Assembly: GCF_006345805.1 (NCBI RefSeq)
Contig: NC_043000.1
Span: 86,242,001 to 86,306,000 of the forward strand
DNA: 64,000 nucleotides
Direction of reading: 5' to 3'
Source of the DNA: Octopus sinensis
Taxonomy: Eukaryota
Below the pieces are notes generated by a model. That model did not search any database. It was not told the DNA's origin and worked only from the letters and a program-made list of their open reading frames with translations. This document shows, in pieces, positions 37,376-49,248 of this stretch; the stretch's first letter is position 1; each line of letters opens with the position of its first letter. A program made the position numbers and the translations under genes.

Positions 37376-38399
37376 CTGGAAATGAAAACAAATTCCAGTA
37401 ATTAATTATAAAATATGTTTTAAAAATTTCAATTTAACCTCTTTGTTCCCATATTCCTACTGAAAAACAATGTCTTTGTTTTAGTTAATTCTGAAAATAA
37501 TGAAGAATTTTGTAAAATAGCGTGTCAATAGCCAGCTGGAGACAATGTTTCCTGTAGTTAATTATCAGTAACATTCATCTTAACTAGGACTGCCACATTA
37601 TGTTGGCAAATAATCCTTACGTTTTTGTAAAATAACTTTATCGTTATTATTATTATTAAGCTGATGTTATGAACATAAATTAATATTTTGATTTATATCA
37701 TTATAAAACAGGAAATTAGTCTTATAAAATCAGTGGTAGTCATTGGTGAATTGGTATCAAAAGAGTTAAATATATTTTTATAAAAAAGAACCCTAAATCT
37801 AATTTTTCCAAATGAGAAAAATATTAGTATTCAAATAAGCAATTACAACAACAACAACAAACTGAATTAAATTATCATTTACACTGAAAAACTAAATTGA
37901 TTTAGATTAACAAAGAAAAAAGAAAACAAAGAAATTAGGTTCTGCTCAAGTAAAGATTACTTGATAAAGCAATGATCAAAGCAGTGACTCAATGAACATT
38001 GTTTTTATTGATTGATTGATTTTCTGCCAATGAAAACTGATCTGCATTACTTATTTCTTCTTCAACTCAGCTATACATTATAATGGTTTTGAAGATTTCC
38101 ATATTATATACAATATATTGATAATACAGGTGAGTTCATAAGCTCCTTCAGAGCAGGTTATATCATACCAAACCTTTTATCTTTCCCACTGAATATGATA
38201 GCTACATTTTTATTTCTATTATTTTTTAATGCATTTATTTCCTCATGTTATTATCTGATTCTTGTTTGTAAAAGAGTTGAAATGGTTTCAACCATTAATA
38301 GGGTCATAAGTCTAGAATCTATAATTGTAAAAGTATACATATTTGATTAAAGAAAGTAGCACAAAATTACTACAGGTAGTATGGATGCACTGGAGAAAA

Positions 38400-38790
38400 T
38401 GTATAGCAAACGAAACAAGTTCTTTGTGGCTGATAGTGATTTAATCAATTAAGAAGATGAAAACAAGTTGTAGAACCTGTAGAAGTTTTTGATGAGATTC
38501 TAAAACACTAATATTGGTGAGTATAATACAAGTCACATACTTAGCAAATCAAATTGTATTGGAAAACAATATCTAAGTAAGTGACTTCATATCATCACTG
38601 TTAACTGTTGCAAAAACAAAATAAGAGGTGTGGGTTATAGAAGTCTCAAGTAAATTAATCAGTTAAGAAGGTAAATAAAAGATCTATAGCAAAATCAAGA
38701 TTGTACATGATAAAGTTTTGTACAACCATGAAGGAAAGTCTTGGCTAAGCACAGACATTTGTATTTTACACTTGACAAAAATAATATATA
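38400..38790 (+). mobile_element. Very old Gypsy-like integrase relic
   Basis: One frame with stops reads EVFDEILKH..QIKLYWKTISK.VTSYHHC.LLQKQNK, reminiscent of the H2C2 zinc-binding region. Weak. Confidence 0.35.
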
Positions 38791-38891
38791 CAAAATCTTT
38801 GATAGTGGCCTTTGCTTACTAATCTGTTACAGCACATACCCTGATACTACTACTACTATTACTACTACTATAGAGTAGTTCACTAAAAGTT

Positions 38892-39088
38892 GTTGATCAG
38901 TTATTTAAATAACTCACACTACAAGAATGACCGACAAGAGGTGTTCTAAGTATGAGTAAAGTAAATATTAGTTCCAAATTGCCAGAGTTGATCAGTTATT
39001 TAAATAATACACACTACAAGAATGACTGACAAGAGGTGTTCAGTCTAGGTATGAGTAAAGTAAATGTTGGTTCCAAATTGTCAGAGTT
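38892..39088. repeat. Local tandem duplication with ~95-bp period
   Basis: gttgatcagttatttaaataa...gttccaaattg(c/t)cagagtt starts at 38892 and again at 38987. Confidence 0.85.
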
Positions 39089-39308
39089 CTGTCTTCAAAG
39101 TTTGAAGAAAGAAGTTTCAGATAATATCCACAAAATCTATGATAACAGTAACTTATTTATTACAGTGAAATCAAAACAGAAGCTTAAAAACAAATGTGAA
39201 ACTTAAGAAAGTGAGCTTCTAAGAAAAAAAAAAAAATTCAGAATGTGAATTTGGTTAAAAGAAAGGTAATGTTTAAAAACAGAATTGTGAAAATGAAACA
39301 GTAATTAA

Positions 39309-39509
39309 CTCTTTAGCATTGAGAAAACACCATCTATTATAATGCTTATTTATTCACATCGTTTTTAATTAATTATGCAATATTTTGTAACTTTGTGATT
39401 TCAATGATGTAATTATATAGGGTAGGTGTGATAGGCCAGATCTAGCCAATTTGAATATAAAACGGGTAAAATGTTTGAGTCAGAAATGGTCAATTTTAAT
39501 GCTAAAGAG
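39309..39509. mobile_element. piggyBac-type MITE
   Basis: Perfect 12-bp TIR CTCTTTAGCATT / AATGCTAAAGAG, with TTAA on the left and TTCA on the right. Other TTAA-bounded MITE-like relics lie at ~37434-37769 and ~41567-41790. Confidence 0.65.
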
Positions 39510-42500
39510 TTCAAGAAGTAATGTAACTTTGATAAGTACACAGTAAGGGAGTTGATACAGTGTCTATAGTCAGCACAGGAATGAGTGCACAGTAAAGGAG
39601 TACAATGTAAGGAGATAGACACAATGCCAGTCATGTCTAATCAGAACAATAGTGAATATAAGGTTAGGGAGTATACAATTAAAGAGTACACTGTAATGGA
39701 GGAGACACAATGCCAGTAATACTTGGTCAATACAGGAATGAGTACATGATAAGGGTATGCACTATGTAGTGAAAAGAAAGCTGATGGAAAACAACTAAAC
39801 TTTAGTCTTAGTGTAAAAAAAAGGAGGGAGTACTCAAAAGGTACTGTGAGTTTCATAGAAGCATGATAAGAGACCATCATTTTAGATACACTGAATTGCC
39901 ATTGACCATTAGTGGAGGTATGTGGCTTTGTGGTTATGGGGTTGCAATCACAATCGTCAGATCATGGGTTTGATTCCCAGGCCAGATTGCATGCAGTGTT
40001 CTTGGAGAAAACACTTTAATTTACATTACTGTCATGCTGTTTGGGGACCCGCATGTCAAAGAATGGTCCCAGCATTTCCTCTGTATATTGTAAAAAGGTT
40101 TGAGGTAAGATTTTCTCTCCAATCTCGTAAAACCCTCCCCAACAATGACTATCCAAACAGACCCATGGGCTGGCAGGTTGTTGCCAGAGTGGTGCAGAGA
40201 CATCAGGTAATCACCAACAAATGGTGGATGCAGTGATGAACTGTTACAGCACATACTCTCATAGTGCTACTACTATTAGAGTTGTTTGCTGAAAGTTATT
40301 TAAATAACAGACACTACAAGAAAGGAGCTAATTATCAAGTCCATAATTAAAAGGTGACCAAGCCTCAAAGATGTTGTTTAATATATATATAAGATGGCTG
40401 TTCATTTAAAAACATGAAACCTGAATAGATGCTGCATACTGAGTAAAACTGGATTGTGGATTGATAGCAGAAGATCAAACAATGAGAATTATTGGAGTTT
40501 CAAATGAGATACTAGACATAAAATGTTGTAAAACTACTGTAATATTGAGCCATATTACTTAACATAGGATATTACCAAATGAATTGATGACAACAATGAT
40601 GATGATGATGAACATGATGGTGTTGATGATGATAGGGATGATGATGTTGATGAAGATGATGACTATGATGATAAAGATGGTGGTGATGATGATGATGATA
40701 TTTCATAAAGAAACATATACAGACTGAATATATTTTGACCTTTGGGTACTGGTTTCAACACACCCACTTTTCCCTAACATTGTCAGTTTTGTTTATAATA
40801 TTTGTTTACATTAAAATTTAGTGATTGCATAGCGTATATAACTACATAACATGTCCAGTACACACCCACATATAATTAGATGAATAAATATGTATGTGAA
40901 TATGTGTGTGATGTATCATGTGCCTGTGTGTATATAGAAAAGGGATTACACATGCATTAGGGTGTATGTATACACATGTAGAGTAGGGGATGTAATGTGT
41001 ATCTGTGTTTGAAGTAGGATGAATGATGGATTCTCAACTTCATATGAATGCATGGAAATTAGATGTCAGAACTACCACAGAAATATATGCTATAATGTGT
41101 GTGTATGTGTGTGTGTGTGTGTGTGGCATGTGTGTGTGTTGTGTGCATGTGTGTATGTGCATGTGTGTATTGTATGCATGTGTGTATATATAAATATACA
41201 TACATTATATACATATTTGTATGTGTGTGTGTGTGTGTATACACTTTAGTTTCATCAATCTAAAGAAAGTGACATAGTTACACATTCTTTGTCAGATAAG
41301 GAGGAGGAAATTAAGTATAGATAAGTGGTTGGTAAGTGATGTCAAGTACACAGATGAAGGTGCTATGATTTCCATCAATGTAAGGAATTAGAAACTTACT
41401 GAAGTTTCAGCTGAGCCTTTATTTGACTTTTTTTGTCCTAGTACTAAAACTCTATAGGAACTGAGTAACTCTTAAAGATTCCAGTATGGGTATTATAAAA
41501 AGACTATACAACAATATCTAACTATAAGACTCTGACATATGATATATCATTAACTCAAGGAATGACTTTAACCCCTTTGATTCCAATCCATCTGACACCA
41601 CTCTTAATTTTATGATAGAAACTTCCTGTTTTAAAGTAATCTAAATTAAAAACCATCCATCAAATTTTCATGCTAATTCATGTTTCATACACTGGCTTAA
41701 TAATGACAAAGTTACCTTATTAAATATTTTATAATTTTCTAAGTTAATTGAAAGTGGCAGTATATTTCAACTGAAATATAGTAAGAAAAGAGGAAAAATT
41801 TGATAATATATAAACAATATAAACTAGTGAATGTCTACAGAACAATAACATTGCAGGAGATTGTCTTGCTATAGTCTTGAGGTTCTGACAAAGCAAACTA
41901 TATTCAATCTATATCTATGTAATGATGGCGTTTTCTTAATTAAAATATTACTAGGAGTCGGGTTCTTTTATTTTTATGAATGCTGAACATTATATATATG
42001 TTAGAAGTATAACTGCCTTCATAGTGTTACTGAGTAGACGTTATGATGTTGAGTTTTATGATTTCATGAATGGCAAAATATAAAAACTATAAGCACAGAG
42101 CAGATGTTAGAGAGATGATTTTTTTTTAATGATATGAAAGGGAAAATATAAAGAAACTGTGTAAGTTAGCTAACCTTAGGTTAGCATTTAGAGAAATGTT
42201 GCTTATGAAGATGCTATCAATAAGTCATTTATAATTTATAATTCTTTTCAAAGTTTTACCAAAGCAATTTAAATATACTTCTTGCAATTTTAAAGTAAAC
42301 CACAAAGACACTAAATTTAATATACCTCTGCTATTGAATTAGTTTTATATTCATGCTATTTCTACATTTGGATGTAGTGAGTGATTAAATGATTGGTTAA
42401 AGTATTGAAGCATCACTTAATAGGTCTCAAATTTAAATCAACTTTTAGTGTCCTGTATTATATTTTAAATGTAGTTTATAGAGCTGTTAGAAGTAAGTAC

Positions 42501-42890
42501 CAGGTATTTTGAGAATGTGTCCTACAGCAGGTTGCAGCTGCTTCAGTCAGTTAATAATTACTTCTGGGTCCAATTCCAGGCAAGGCACTAAAGTAATTTA
42601 CGTAATTCAACTGAAGCAAAAAATGTCATGAAACACAGAGAGCAGAATGAGAACAGTGCACCCCTATAAATCAAATAGAGGGTTAGGTTTGAAATTGCAA
42701 TGCAACAAATGAGTTCAACACCAGACACTTGAAGAAGGCTGGAGTGTACAACAGCCAAAATGCAGTGAAAGCAACAATCCAGATGAGGACATCAGTTTGA
42801 CTATCGTAAACAGTACACATAACATAAATTCTTCATCTCAGCAATATAGAATTATATATATATATATACATACACACATACATACATATA

Positions 42891-43456
42891 TTGAGTTGTC
42901 CGGAAACTTCGTGCCGATTTATAGTAGCTTGCCTTTCGACTTATTTTAGAACATGGTTGAGTCCATAAAATAGGATTTTACTACACCTCCATTTAGAGCA
43001 CAGTTTAAGCTATCTTTTCGTGGAAGAAGGTTTATGTTCCTATAACCTGTGTTAATTCTTTAACCCTTTAAAATGGAAGATAAAAAAGTTCATTTTCGGC
43101 ACTTGATGCTTTGGGAACCAGACAAAAATTGCTGCAGCTCGGCTGGGATGTGTTACCCCACCCTCCATATTCACCAGATATTGCTCCTTCAGATTTTCAC
43201 TTATTCAGGTCTCTGCAGAATAGTCTTAATGGTAAAAATTTCAATTCCTTGGATGACGTAAAAAGATACCTTGATGAATTCTTTGCCATGAAACCACCTC
43301 ATTTCTGGGAAGAGGGTATTTTCAAGTTAAAGGAAAGATGGAGACGCATTGTGCAACAAAATGGTTCATATTTGGTTGATTAAAAATGTAATGGCAAGTA
43401 TTTATTGACCTTTTTCTTTCCTTTAAAAATCAGCATGAACTTTCTGGACAACCAAA
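42891..43456 (+). mobile_element. Internally deleted mariner element
   Basis: TA at both ends and ~30-bp imperfect TIRs (TTGAGTTGTCCGGAAACTTC / GAACTTTCTGGACAACCAAA). The N-terminal MEDKKVHFRHLML is joined to the C-terminal HPPYSPDIAPSDFHLFRSLQNSL (DD34D type). Confidence 0.92.
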
Positions 43457-43820
43457 TACCCCCCCCCACACACACACACATCTTACCAAGACAACAATAT
43501 TTCATGATGTTAGAAATCATCATCTTCAGCATTGTCATCATCAACATCCTCCTCCTCATCATCATTTAATATCCTCCTTCAGTGCTGGCATGGGTCAGAC
43601 AGCTTGGAGAGAAGACTACACCAAGCTCTACTATCTACTTCTGCATGGTTTCTATGGCTGGATGCCTTTCCTAATGCCAACCATTTTACAGGAGTATACT
43701 GGGTCCTACTTACATGGTACCAGCAGTTGTGAAGTCACCAAGAAAATTGCAAGACAAGACCTTTCCCCGAGCAGGAAGTAGTATTGAGGAAGGTAGCTTA
43801 GTGCAGGTGATGCATAGAGG

Positions 43821-44055
43821 AAGGCGGTGAGCTAGCAGAAATGTTAGCATGCCGGGCAAAATGCTTAGCGGTATTTCATCTGCCGCTACGTTCTGAGTTC
43901 AAATTCCACCGAGGTCGACTTTACCTTTCATCCCTCCAGGTCAATAAATAAAGTATCAGTTACGCACTGGGGTTGATATAATCGACTTAATCCGTTTGTC
44001 TATCCTTGTTTGTCCCCTTTGTGTCTAGCCCCTTGTGGGCAATAAAGAAATAAGA
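43821..44055 (+). mobile_element. tRNA-derived SINE, short family
   Basis: Full copy. Near-TSD atgcatagagg (43810-43820) / atgaatagagg (44059-44069). Confidence 0.85.
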
Positions 44056-44255
44056 ATATGAATAGAGGGACAGAAATAGGTGTCTTGCAGTTGAAGAAAT
44101 ACATAACTCTCTCAGCTGGAGAAAGAAGAGCAACAATAAAACTGTGACTCTAACCGCACTTGTTGAGGTACACAAAAATTATACATCTTTGTGTAGTTGA
44201 AAGGAAAATGTGACTAAGGATGGCAATCTAACATATAATTATTAAAAGACTAAAT

Positions 44256-44647
44256 AGGTACAGGTATGGCTATGTGATAAGAAGCTTGCTTCCCATCCAG
44301 TTGGTTCTGAGCTTAGTCACACTGCCTGGCATGTTGGACAAATATCTTCTGCTATAACTTGGGCTGACCAAAGGATTGTGAGTGGATTTGGTAGATGGAA
44401 ACTGAAAGAAGTTATCATATGTATGTGTGTGTGTCTTTGTGTTTGTGTTTGTTTCCCCAACTCTGCTAGACAACCAGTGTTGGTGTGTTTACATTCCCAT
44501 AACTTAGCGGTTTGGTAATAGAGACCAATAGAATAAGTACCAGGCTTAACAAAAAATAAATACTGGGGTTGATTCTTTTAACTAAAAATTTTTTCAAGGT
44601 GGTACCCCAGCATTGCTGCAGTCTAATGATCGAAACAAGTAAAAGAT
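44256..44647 (+). mobile_element. tRNA-derived SINE, long family, decayed
   Basis: Colinear with 32683-33091. Confidence 0.75.
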
Positions 44648-45149
44648 AAAAGGCAAAAGAGAGTATAAAAAATTGACAAGAGCCATGAAAGCAAGTATAC
44701 ATGGTATACAACATAAAATAATAAAATCAAATGAATGATGATATGGATGCAATACAAATAGGCTTCTTGGGCTAATCAAAGAATCTCACTATCCAAGATT
44801 TCCCTGAATGGCAAGGACAAGCGATCTCTCCAATTTTATTCTTTGACTCACAGTCTACACATATAATTATGTGGTGCCATCCACTCTTGCCATTTTCACC
44901 ACTTCCATCGTCTATACAATAAATTCACTCGAGGACAATACCTCCATCTACACCCTAATTTGCTTGTCAGTTGCTTGACATTAACCAGTTGAGTATGTCT
45001 CTTAGTGACTGACAATATGTGCATTGCTGATCATGAGCAGGTGTAGTGGAGGAGCATGTTTTAAGAGGGATTTTTTGGATTTGAATAATTCACCTCTGGA
45101 AACATGGGTGTTTTCATCATCCTGCACCTGACTTGTGTGTCTGTTTATA

Positions 45150-46044
45150 ACAATAATAACTCTTTCTACTATAGGCACAAGGTCTGAAATTTGTGAGGAG
45201 GGGACTAGTCAATTACATTGGCCCCAGTGTTTCACTGGTACTTAATTCATTGACCCCAAAATGATGAAAGGCAAAGTTGACCTCAACAAAATTTGAATTC
45301 AGAATGTGAAGACAGACAAAATACCGCTAAGCCACCTTAATAATAATAATGATAGTAATAATAATGATCCTTTTTAAATTTGGCACAAGGCCAGCAATTT
45401 TAAGTGGGGAAGAAAAAGTTCAATACATCAATCCCAGTGTTAAACCAGTACTTGTTTATTGACCCTGAATGGTCAGAATGTAAAATGCTAGAAGAAATGC
45501 TGCTAAACATTTTGTCCAGCTTGCTGCCTTAATAATAATAATAGTTTCAAATTTTGGTACAAGGCTAACAATTTCAGGGGAGAGGGTAAGTTGACTACAT
45601 TGACCCTGCCGAATGTTCAATTGGTACTAATTTTATTGGCCTTGAAAGGATGAAAGGCAAAGCCAACCTTGGTAGAATTTGAACTCAGAAGGTATAGACA
45701 GATAAAGTACTGCTAAGCATTTGCCTGGTGTGCTAACAATTCTGCTGGTTTGCCACCTAAAAGAAGTAGAAGGACAACAACAACAATAATAGTAATCCTT
45801 TCTATTATAGGCACAAGGTCTGAAATTTTTGGATAGGGGGCTAGTTGATTACATTAACCCTAGTGCTTGACAGGTACTTATTTTATCGATCCTGAAAAGA
45901 TGAAAGGCAAAGTTGACCATGGCAAAATTTGAACTCAGAATGTAAGGATGGACAAAATACTGCCAAGCATTATGCCTGGTGTGCTAATGATTCGGCTAGC
46001 TTGCTGCCATAATAATAATCATAATAATGATAATAATAATAGTA

Positions 46045-46080
<36 letters not shown>

Positions 46081-47330
46081 TAATAATAATAATAATGATA
46101 ATAATAGCAACAAAAAAAAATAAAGAAGAGATGATAATACCACTGGTATTGTGCACTGGAAGTTGTACAAGATATATAAGCATAGCAGAAAAGAAAGGTG
46201 GTATGAGTACCAATATAACCTAGTGGTAAAGTCAGAAGCTCTTTTGGGACTTCAGCATCGAAAGTGATTACAAAATCTGAATATTGTTACTGTTTGGAAA
46301 AGAGAAAAGACGTTACTGATAAATGATATAGCATCACTAGGGAATAAGAAAGAGGGTGTAAAAGGAAAAAGATTAAAGGTTATCAAAATATGAAGAGAGA
46401 TGTTTACAAAATGTGGGCATGAAAAAGGTTGGAATGATAGCAGTATTAATGTACCTTAGGGATGGTAACAACTGAAATAGAAATATGGATTGAGAAATTT
46501 GAGACTGAGGTGCATACAGAAATTCTTCAGAAGCTGGTACTGTCAGAAACAGCTCAATTCTAAGGAATGTTCATGAAATATAAAGGAAGAAATAAATGCT
46601 GAGGAAACTTCAGTCATTCATTATTACTTGCCTTCTCAAAAAAAAGAATTGGCGTAAGATCAGCCTGTAGGAATGGCTTTGATGGTACAAAGGCAACAAT
46701 TTTGGGGAAGGGGATGAGTTGATTATATCAGCCCCAGTGTTCAACTGGTACTTATTTTATCGACCTTGGTGGGATGAAAGGCAAAGTCGATCTCAGAGGA
46801 ATTCAAACTCAGAATGTAAAGATGGACGAAATGCTACTAAGCATTCCATCTGGCATGCTAATGATTCTGCCAGCTTGCTGCCTTCAGAACAACATTAATA
46901 GTGATAATAATTCCTTCTAATTTTAGCACGAGGCCAGCAATTTTAAAGGCAAGGGGTCTGCCTGATTATATCATCTCAGTCTTTGGCAGGTACTTATTTA
47001 TTGATCCCTGGAAGATGAAAGTTGACCATGGCAGAATTTGAGCTCAGCATATAAACAGCTAGAAGAAATGCCAATAAGTATTTTGTCCAATACACAAATG
47101 ATTCTGGCAGCTAGCTACCAGATACTGTTTCATATTTTGGCATAAGGCCAGGAATTTTAAGTGGGGTGGTTTGTCAATTAGATTAGTACTAGTACTTCAT
47201 TGGTATATTATTTTATTGACCTCAAAAGGATGAAAGGCGAAGTAGATCTTTGCAGGATTTGAACTGAGAACCTAAAGAGTTAGAACAAATGCTACAATGC
47301 ATTTTTTTAGATATTCTAATGACACTGATA
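45150..47330 (-). mobile_element. Cluster of about seven decayed short-family SINE copies, all on the minus strand
   Basis: The block ggcacaagg...tggtactt...gaaaggcaaagt recurs in full or in part near 45170, 45380, 45550, 45810, 46690, 46925 and 47135, often separated by (AAT)n. Confidence 0.75.
46125..46585 (+). mobile_element. R4/Dong-like restriction-like endonuclease (RLE) 3' fragment
   Basis: Frameshifted reading DNTTGIVHWKLYK...WYEY...WDFSIESD...EILQKLVLSETA. Confidence 0.6.
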
Positions 47331-47358
47331 ATCCACAGCTACATCATTATTATTATTA

Positions 47359-47390
<32 letters not shown>

Positions 47391-47905
47391 TACTTTTGAT
47401 CTGCATGTTTGTTACAGCCACTTGTTGAGACACACCCAGTGTCCTGGAGCAAGTGAAGGATGAGAGATGTTACATTATAACTGAAAGCTTGGGGAGGGGA
47501 AATAGTGGAATATCTTCATCTAATACAACATAGACATTTAAATAGATAAGGTTTCTCTAAATATGTGGGCAGCACTTGTCAGTACAATCTTTTGGATTTC
47601 TCTGAGACATGGTTCTCCTCAGATCTTATCTAGATGTTTCTGACATCCCTTTTTTATCATACCAACAATAGCAGGAACAGAGTCTAGAAGTATTTTCTTC
47701 TTTGTCTTTAATAATTATGTCTGGTAAACTGGCCTGGATCATTCTGTCAGTGTTGACTGGAAAATCCCAGAAGATAATGACAGTTTTACCTTCAACAACT
47801 GGCTCAGGATGATGTTCGTACCAGTAAGCAGGTGTGCTGATTTTGTAGTGTTTACATATTTTCCAAATGTAAATATTGTCCTACCCTATCATGGTGATTT
47901 TTGTA
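47391..47905 (-). mobile_element. R4/Dong-like RLE 3' fragment with (AAT)n tail
   Basis: YKNHHDRVGQYLH-WKICKHYKISTPAYWYEHHPEPVVEGKTVIIFWDFPVNTDRMIQASLPDIIIKD...EIQKIVLTSAAHIFRETLSI*, followed by the tail at 47345-47390. Confidence 0.8.
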
Positions 47906-47915
47906 TTTGTTATAT

Positions 47916-47950
<35 letters not shown>

Positions 47951-48039
47951 TAATAACAATAATAATTGTACACCCATTTAACCCACAAATAGTTAAAAAG
48001 GTGGTGAAAATATAGACGTATACAATCTCCTTAAATACA

Positions 48040-48345
48040 AGTTAGCCTGACTGTAGAAGATGAAAAAAGGTGAAAATAGTGCTTGTTATTGTTGGGTCCT
48101 TGGGAACAGTGTCAGAAGCCATCAAGAGGAATATAAAGGAAACTGGAGCAGAGTGACCAGTAGAGCTGTTACAAAAGGTTTTCTTTCTTAGCACAGCCAG
48201 AATAATCAGTAGAGTTTCAGGTAGTTGAAAAGAACAAATAGCATGGTGCTGTAGGCTGCAAGTAGCAAGCCTGCTACACATGCAAGACTCCAGGAGTACC
48301 TGAAGTCAAAAATAATAATAATGATAATAATAATAATAATAACAA
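48040..48345 (+). mobile_element. R4/Dong-like extreme 3' fragment with (AAT)n tail
   Basis: MKKVKIVLVIVGSLGTV...VELLQKVFFLSTARIISRV, followed by aataataat. Confidence 0.7.
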
Positions 48346-48454
48346 TAATAGCTTTCAGCTATATTTCAACAACTCTTAACCTTCACTTGCCCTAGAGTGC
48401 TGGGTGTGCCCCGGCAAGTGATTGCATCAAACATGCAGATTAAAAGTAAATGAC

Positions 48455-48498
<44 letters not shown>

Positions 48499-48908
48499 GG
48501 ATGATACCTGTCATGTTGAAATTTTAAGCTTTTTAAGCTGTAATATACAGTGAGTATTGAAGCAGTGTGTTGAATATTAGATTAAATTTGAACATCATTA
48601 TGGTAGTAAGACAACTGAGGACCTATTAACCACTGGGCTACTGAAACTTCACTGATGACTTTTAACTAATCTAACAAGGGTGAATCAACTTTGTGGCATC
48701 CATTACTTTCCAAACTATATCTGTGGACAATTCAAACTAACCAACCAAAAATATTTCTTATCACTTGGTAAGTTTTCACTATGTATGGTATCTACTGATG
48801 GCATAGTAGACTGAATCATTGCTTATATGATGTTTTTCTATAACCCAAATGCATGCAAGTGACATCATAAAGACCACCAGCTTTTGGTGTGATATTCTAT
48901 TATATAAT

Positions 48909-49248
48909 GTGGTTTAATGGCTCAGTGGTCAGAGCATCGAGCTTACGATCGTGAGGTTGTGAGCTCGAATCTCGGACCGGGCTGCGTGTTGTGTTCTTGA
49001 GCAAGGCACTTTATTTCACGTTGCTCCAGTTCACTCAGCTGTAGAAATGAGTTGCAACGTCACTGGTGCCAAGCTGTATCGACCTTTGTCTTTCCATTGG
49101 ATAACACTGGTGGCGTGGAGAGGGGAGGCCGGTATGCATGGGCGACTGCTGGTCTTCCATAAACAACCTTGCCCGGACTTGTGTCTAAGAGGGTAACTTT
49201 CTAGGTGCAATCCCATGGTCATTCATGACCGAAGGGGGTCTTTACCCA
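48909..49248 (+). mobile_element. tRNA-derived SINE of a third family with a CORE-like central domain
   Basis: A box TGGCTCAGTGG and B-box-like GCTCGAATC, then ttgagcaaggcactttatttcac...cagctgtagaaatgagt. CpG-rich, so probably young. It lacks a complete tRNA cloverleaf. Confidence 0.75.

Noticed and set aside
37490-37555. KHCLQLAID... after a CAG as an ankyrin-like exon
   Set aside because: It runs into a stop without a donor and lies within a TTAA-bounded MITE-like repeat.
48909-48985. tRNA gene
   Set aside because: It has A and B boxes but no acceptor stem closure, and it continues into a SINE body.
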